From positions 1,054,001-1,118,000 of the forward strand of contig CM022671.1 of the NCBI GenBank assembly GCA_012295275.1: a stretch of 64,000 nt of DNA. Reading direction: 5' to 3'. The notes under the pieces are model-generated. The model was not told the origin of the DNA. It saw nothing but the letters and a program-made list of their open reading frames with translations, and did not search any database. This DNA comes from Chrysomallon squamiferum. Lineage: Eukaryota > Animalia > Mollusca. The position numbers were made by a program, and so were the translations under genes. Each line of letters opens with the position of its first letter. The stretch's first letter is position 1. Shown piece by piece: positions 60,901 to 64,000 of this stretch.

Positions 60901-62814
60901 AAGTTGATAGGAATAAGCCGCACAGCACCACACAAACAATGGAATTATTTTAAGATTGACCTGACACCAAAAACATTCTGTAACACTCTAATCTGATATA
61001 TCATCTTTTACCTACTTCACACATTAATAACCTCGGAAATCCCAGTCAATTACACATATACTTGCCTGAGTTATTTATCTTCACTAGCCTAGAAAAACCC
61101 AGTCAGTTAGAGTCACACTTGTTTCTTTAATACAAGTTTACTAGCCTATATACCTGGTCAAGCAAGATGATGTGAATCAGCTGTAGCCTGCTGTGGTGGC
61201 ATAATGCTGTTCAAACACTGCTAAGAGCCTTTCTGAAACCATCACATGCAGTCTCTAGCAAATATTTACATCCAAGCAGATTAAATCCAGATTCCCATTC
61301 AGTGCAAGAAGCCACCTCCCTGTGTTTGTTCTGTGTTATAAATCACTAAGTACTAGTTGTCAGTATATACAGTGAATAACCATCATTACCGAGATTGGTA
61401 GCTTCAGTGAAATGTAAATATTCCATGTTTTATTTTGAGAACATGTCCAATACGTGTCTCCTAATTCAAATCTTAAATTTATTTTTGGAAGATATAATTT
61501 TTTAAAAAATTATTTAATACCAAATGTTATATATACATATAAACACAAACACACATTATGTTATATACATAATTATATGCACAAACAGTAATATTTAATT
61601 AGATATCAGATAACATTATTATTACCATCATCAATCAAGTGTTTGCTAAATATTTATGTATAAAAATCATGCATGTATGTTATCTCCCATTTGTACATGC
61701 CAAATTACTTTTTGTATTCTGATCACTTTTCTTTCTAATTACAGTACTTTCGCCATAAATATACATTTTTTATACAATATTCTTCAGTAATATATCACTC
61801 TACAAAGTAAAAATGTCAAGATTCAGTGCATTGTCATCACCTTCTTATTGGTAAAAATAGCACAGAACAAAACAAATTGTTTTGAAGTATAAAAAATGTA
61901 TTTAGGCTTTAAAATTTAAAAGAACCTAAGCCCAAATCTCACAAATACTGGCCATATAAATGTGATATGCAATATTTTAACAATTCTACAAAATGCATTT
62001 GTATTTGTATATAATTAATATATAATTAATATTTTAAATACATTCTTACCATCTGCAAGCTACTAATATTCATTATGTGATTCCTTTCAAGAAGTATATT
62101 CCATGTCATTAAATTTGTCAGAAAATGAATTTTAATCCCTTTCACTATCATCAAGTTTAAAAACTATCATCAGTTTTAAAATCACAATTTTCAGTACAGC
62201 TGATTATACACATTAAAGTTTTGAGTAAACCAAGGGTCCAGGGTAAATCCACAACTGTTTAACACTTCACCTGTTAGAATTAGCCTGCGATGGAACAATG
62301 TGGTCACACAGCAGTTGGGATCACACACTGTGCTTATTCTCTGGTGAAATGTTTTTCACATGCTGGTGTTGGGGACAGACAAGGGCTGGAGGAAGACAAG
62401 TGGTGCAGCTCACCTGATGGGACAGAACACACCTGTAACATCCACTGCCAGCACTACAGTGAGCTCAGGCTCAGCTAGCACCCACTGACCTTTCTACCAG
62501 TCATAAAACTGTTTACTCTCTTTGATGTTTCATGCTTGTTTTGAAGGTTTCACAGTTTCAGTTTAGCATTATAATGATTATTACAAATTAATTATATCTT
62601 TAAAACAAATTTTATAAATTATGAAAATTAAAATATTAAAACAATTAGAAAGAAAAGTTAAAGGCCAGAAACTATCATTTTAGGTTATCTACTTTAAATG
62701 ATAACTTTTGGAAGGGCTTTATTTTAAGAGTAATCATAAAGTACTATTTTTTAATAGTTTCAGATTCAATTTAAGATTTAGTCAACAGTCACCAAACACT
62801 AAAAATTTTTTTTT

Positions 62815-62819
<5 letters not shown>

Positions 62820-62852
<33 letters not shown>
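62820..62852. repeat. (TA)n microsatellite
   Basis: Direct reading. Confidence 0.95.
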
Positions 62853-62855
<3 letters not shown>

Positions 62856-64000
62856 TTACGTACAGGTTCCTGACCTTTCACATATCTCACTCATTATGAT
62901 AGTGTAATTGCAGGAAGGACATTTCAACATTAGTTTGGGCAAATGCCAGTATATCAAGCAATCTTCTTTAGAATGTTTTCAAGAGGTGACAAACCTGAAT
63001 CTGACAGTTAAAACAGATACCATCACTACAGTGTTGATTACCAACTGATAAATATTCAACAATTATAACACGAAAACCATTAAAGTTATCTGTTTGGACA
63101 AAATCTCTTTTTTGGGGACACACCCACTGATGATGGTCAGGATTGGTCAGAGGTGGGTGTACTTTTCAACAGATGATTCAGACTAGCACTACAATCTTAC
63201 CATGATCTTCATATTACAGAAGCCAATAACACAACTAAACAATGTCCTGTTAGATAAAGCATAAACAAAACTCAAAGGTTACTGTGTAACTGAATTTTAT
63301 GAATATTTTCTGCATACATTGGACCAGTGATCAGAAGATTTTATTATCATTATATTATTGGTGAAATTGTAATACTTAGGAATATATGCCATAGTATCCC
63401 ATAGAGTTAGTATTTGTATGCCAGTCAATAACAACAACAACAAATACTTTTGCAAAGAATGACAATATGTATGTTTGTGTAAACTATTGTGTAAGTTGAC
63501 AAATTTTATTTGTCAAGAATCTGATGTAGTGTAATATATTATTCTGCATGTGATTGTTATAAAAAGAACCTTTACAAAATTCACGCTGCTATTTATGAGT
63601 TAATGGTTCTCTTTTTACTGACTTCAAATCCATTTCAAACAAATGAAATTTAAGACCTAGCCATATTTACCAAGAAAATCATTAAAAAAATAATTAAAAT
63701 TCCAGTAAAGAATGAACACTTTATAAGCAATGTGATAGCTGAGTGTGTGTATGTCTATTTATATTCTCCATTCTATTCGTAGACCAAGCTGAACTGTTTA
63801 AATTATGCAACCTATAGGGATAATAATAACAAATGCAAACCACAATTTGTAGAACAATTTCTATAACTGAACCATGAATATACAGAATATAAGAATCAAT
63901 TAGCAACAAAGCTCATGGCATAAACCTTTCTATGACACATTCAAAATGGCAAAACATGATTTTGCAATTACTGTAAGAATATATTCAAATTCATACATGC

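Noticed and set aside
62049-62073. ATG...CAGATG|gtaaga as a first coding exon
   Set aside because: Phase 0, incompatible with the phase-2 acceptor at 53072.

Overview
AT-rich, CpG-depleted animal genomic DNA (invertebrate; repeat content looks mollusc-like, low confidence). It holds three intron-containing genes, reconstructed by hand from GT-AG sites and reading-frame phase. (1) The 5' part of a KDM5/JARID1 histone demethylase (minus strand, ATG 7196, JmjN+ARID exons, continues past the left edge). (2) A complete 10-exon CCDC77 (plus strand, 7714-15378), head-to-head with KDM5, with an apparent 1-nt insertion in exon 8. (3) An IQSEC/BRAG Arf-GEF (minus strand; IQ, Sec7, PH, C-terminal -GTEV; 12 clear coding exons 53072-20945 plus a candidate first coding exon at 58450-58392). 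The most striking unannotated structure is a pair of paralogous in-frame microexons (42 and 45 nt) in KDM5 intron 5. Each has its 5' splice site folded into a conserved hairpin and an ACUAAC (STAR/Quaking-type) motif at exactly intron position +43. The KDM5-CCDC77-IQSEC order also appears to reconcile the two human paralogous loci (12p13.33 and Xp11.22). Most ORFs in the supplied track are chance ORFs in introns.
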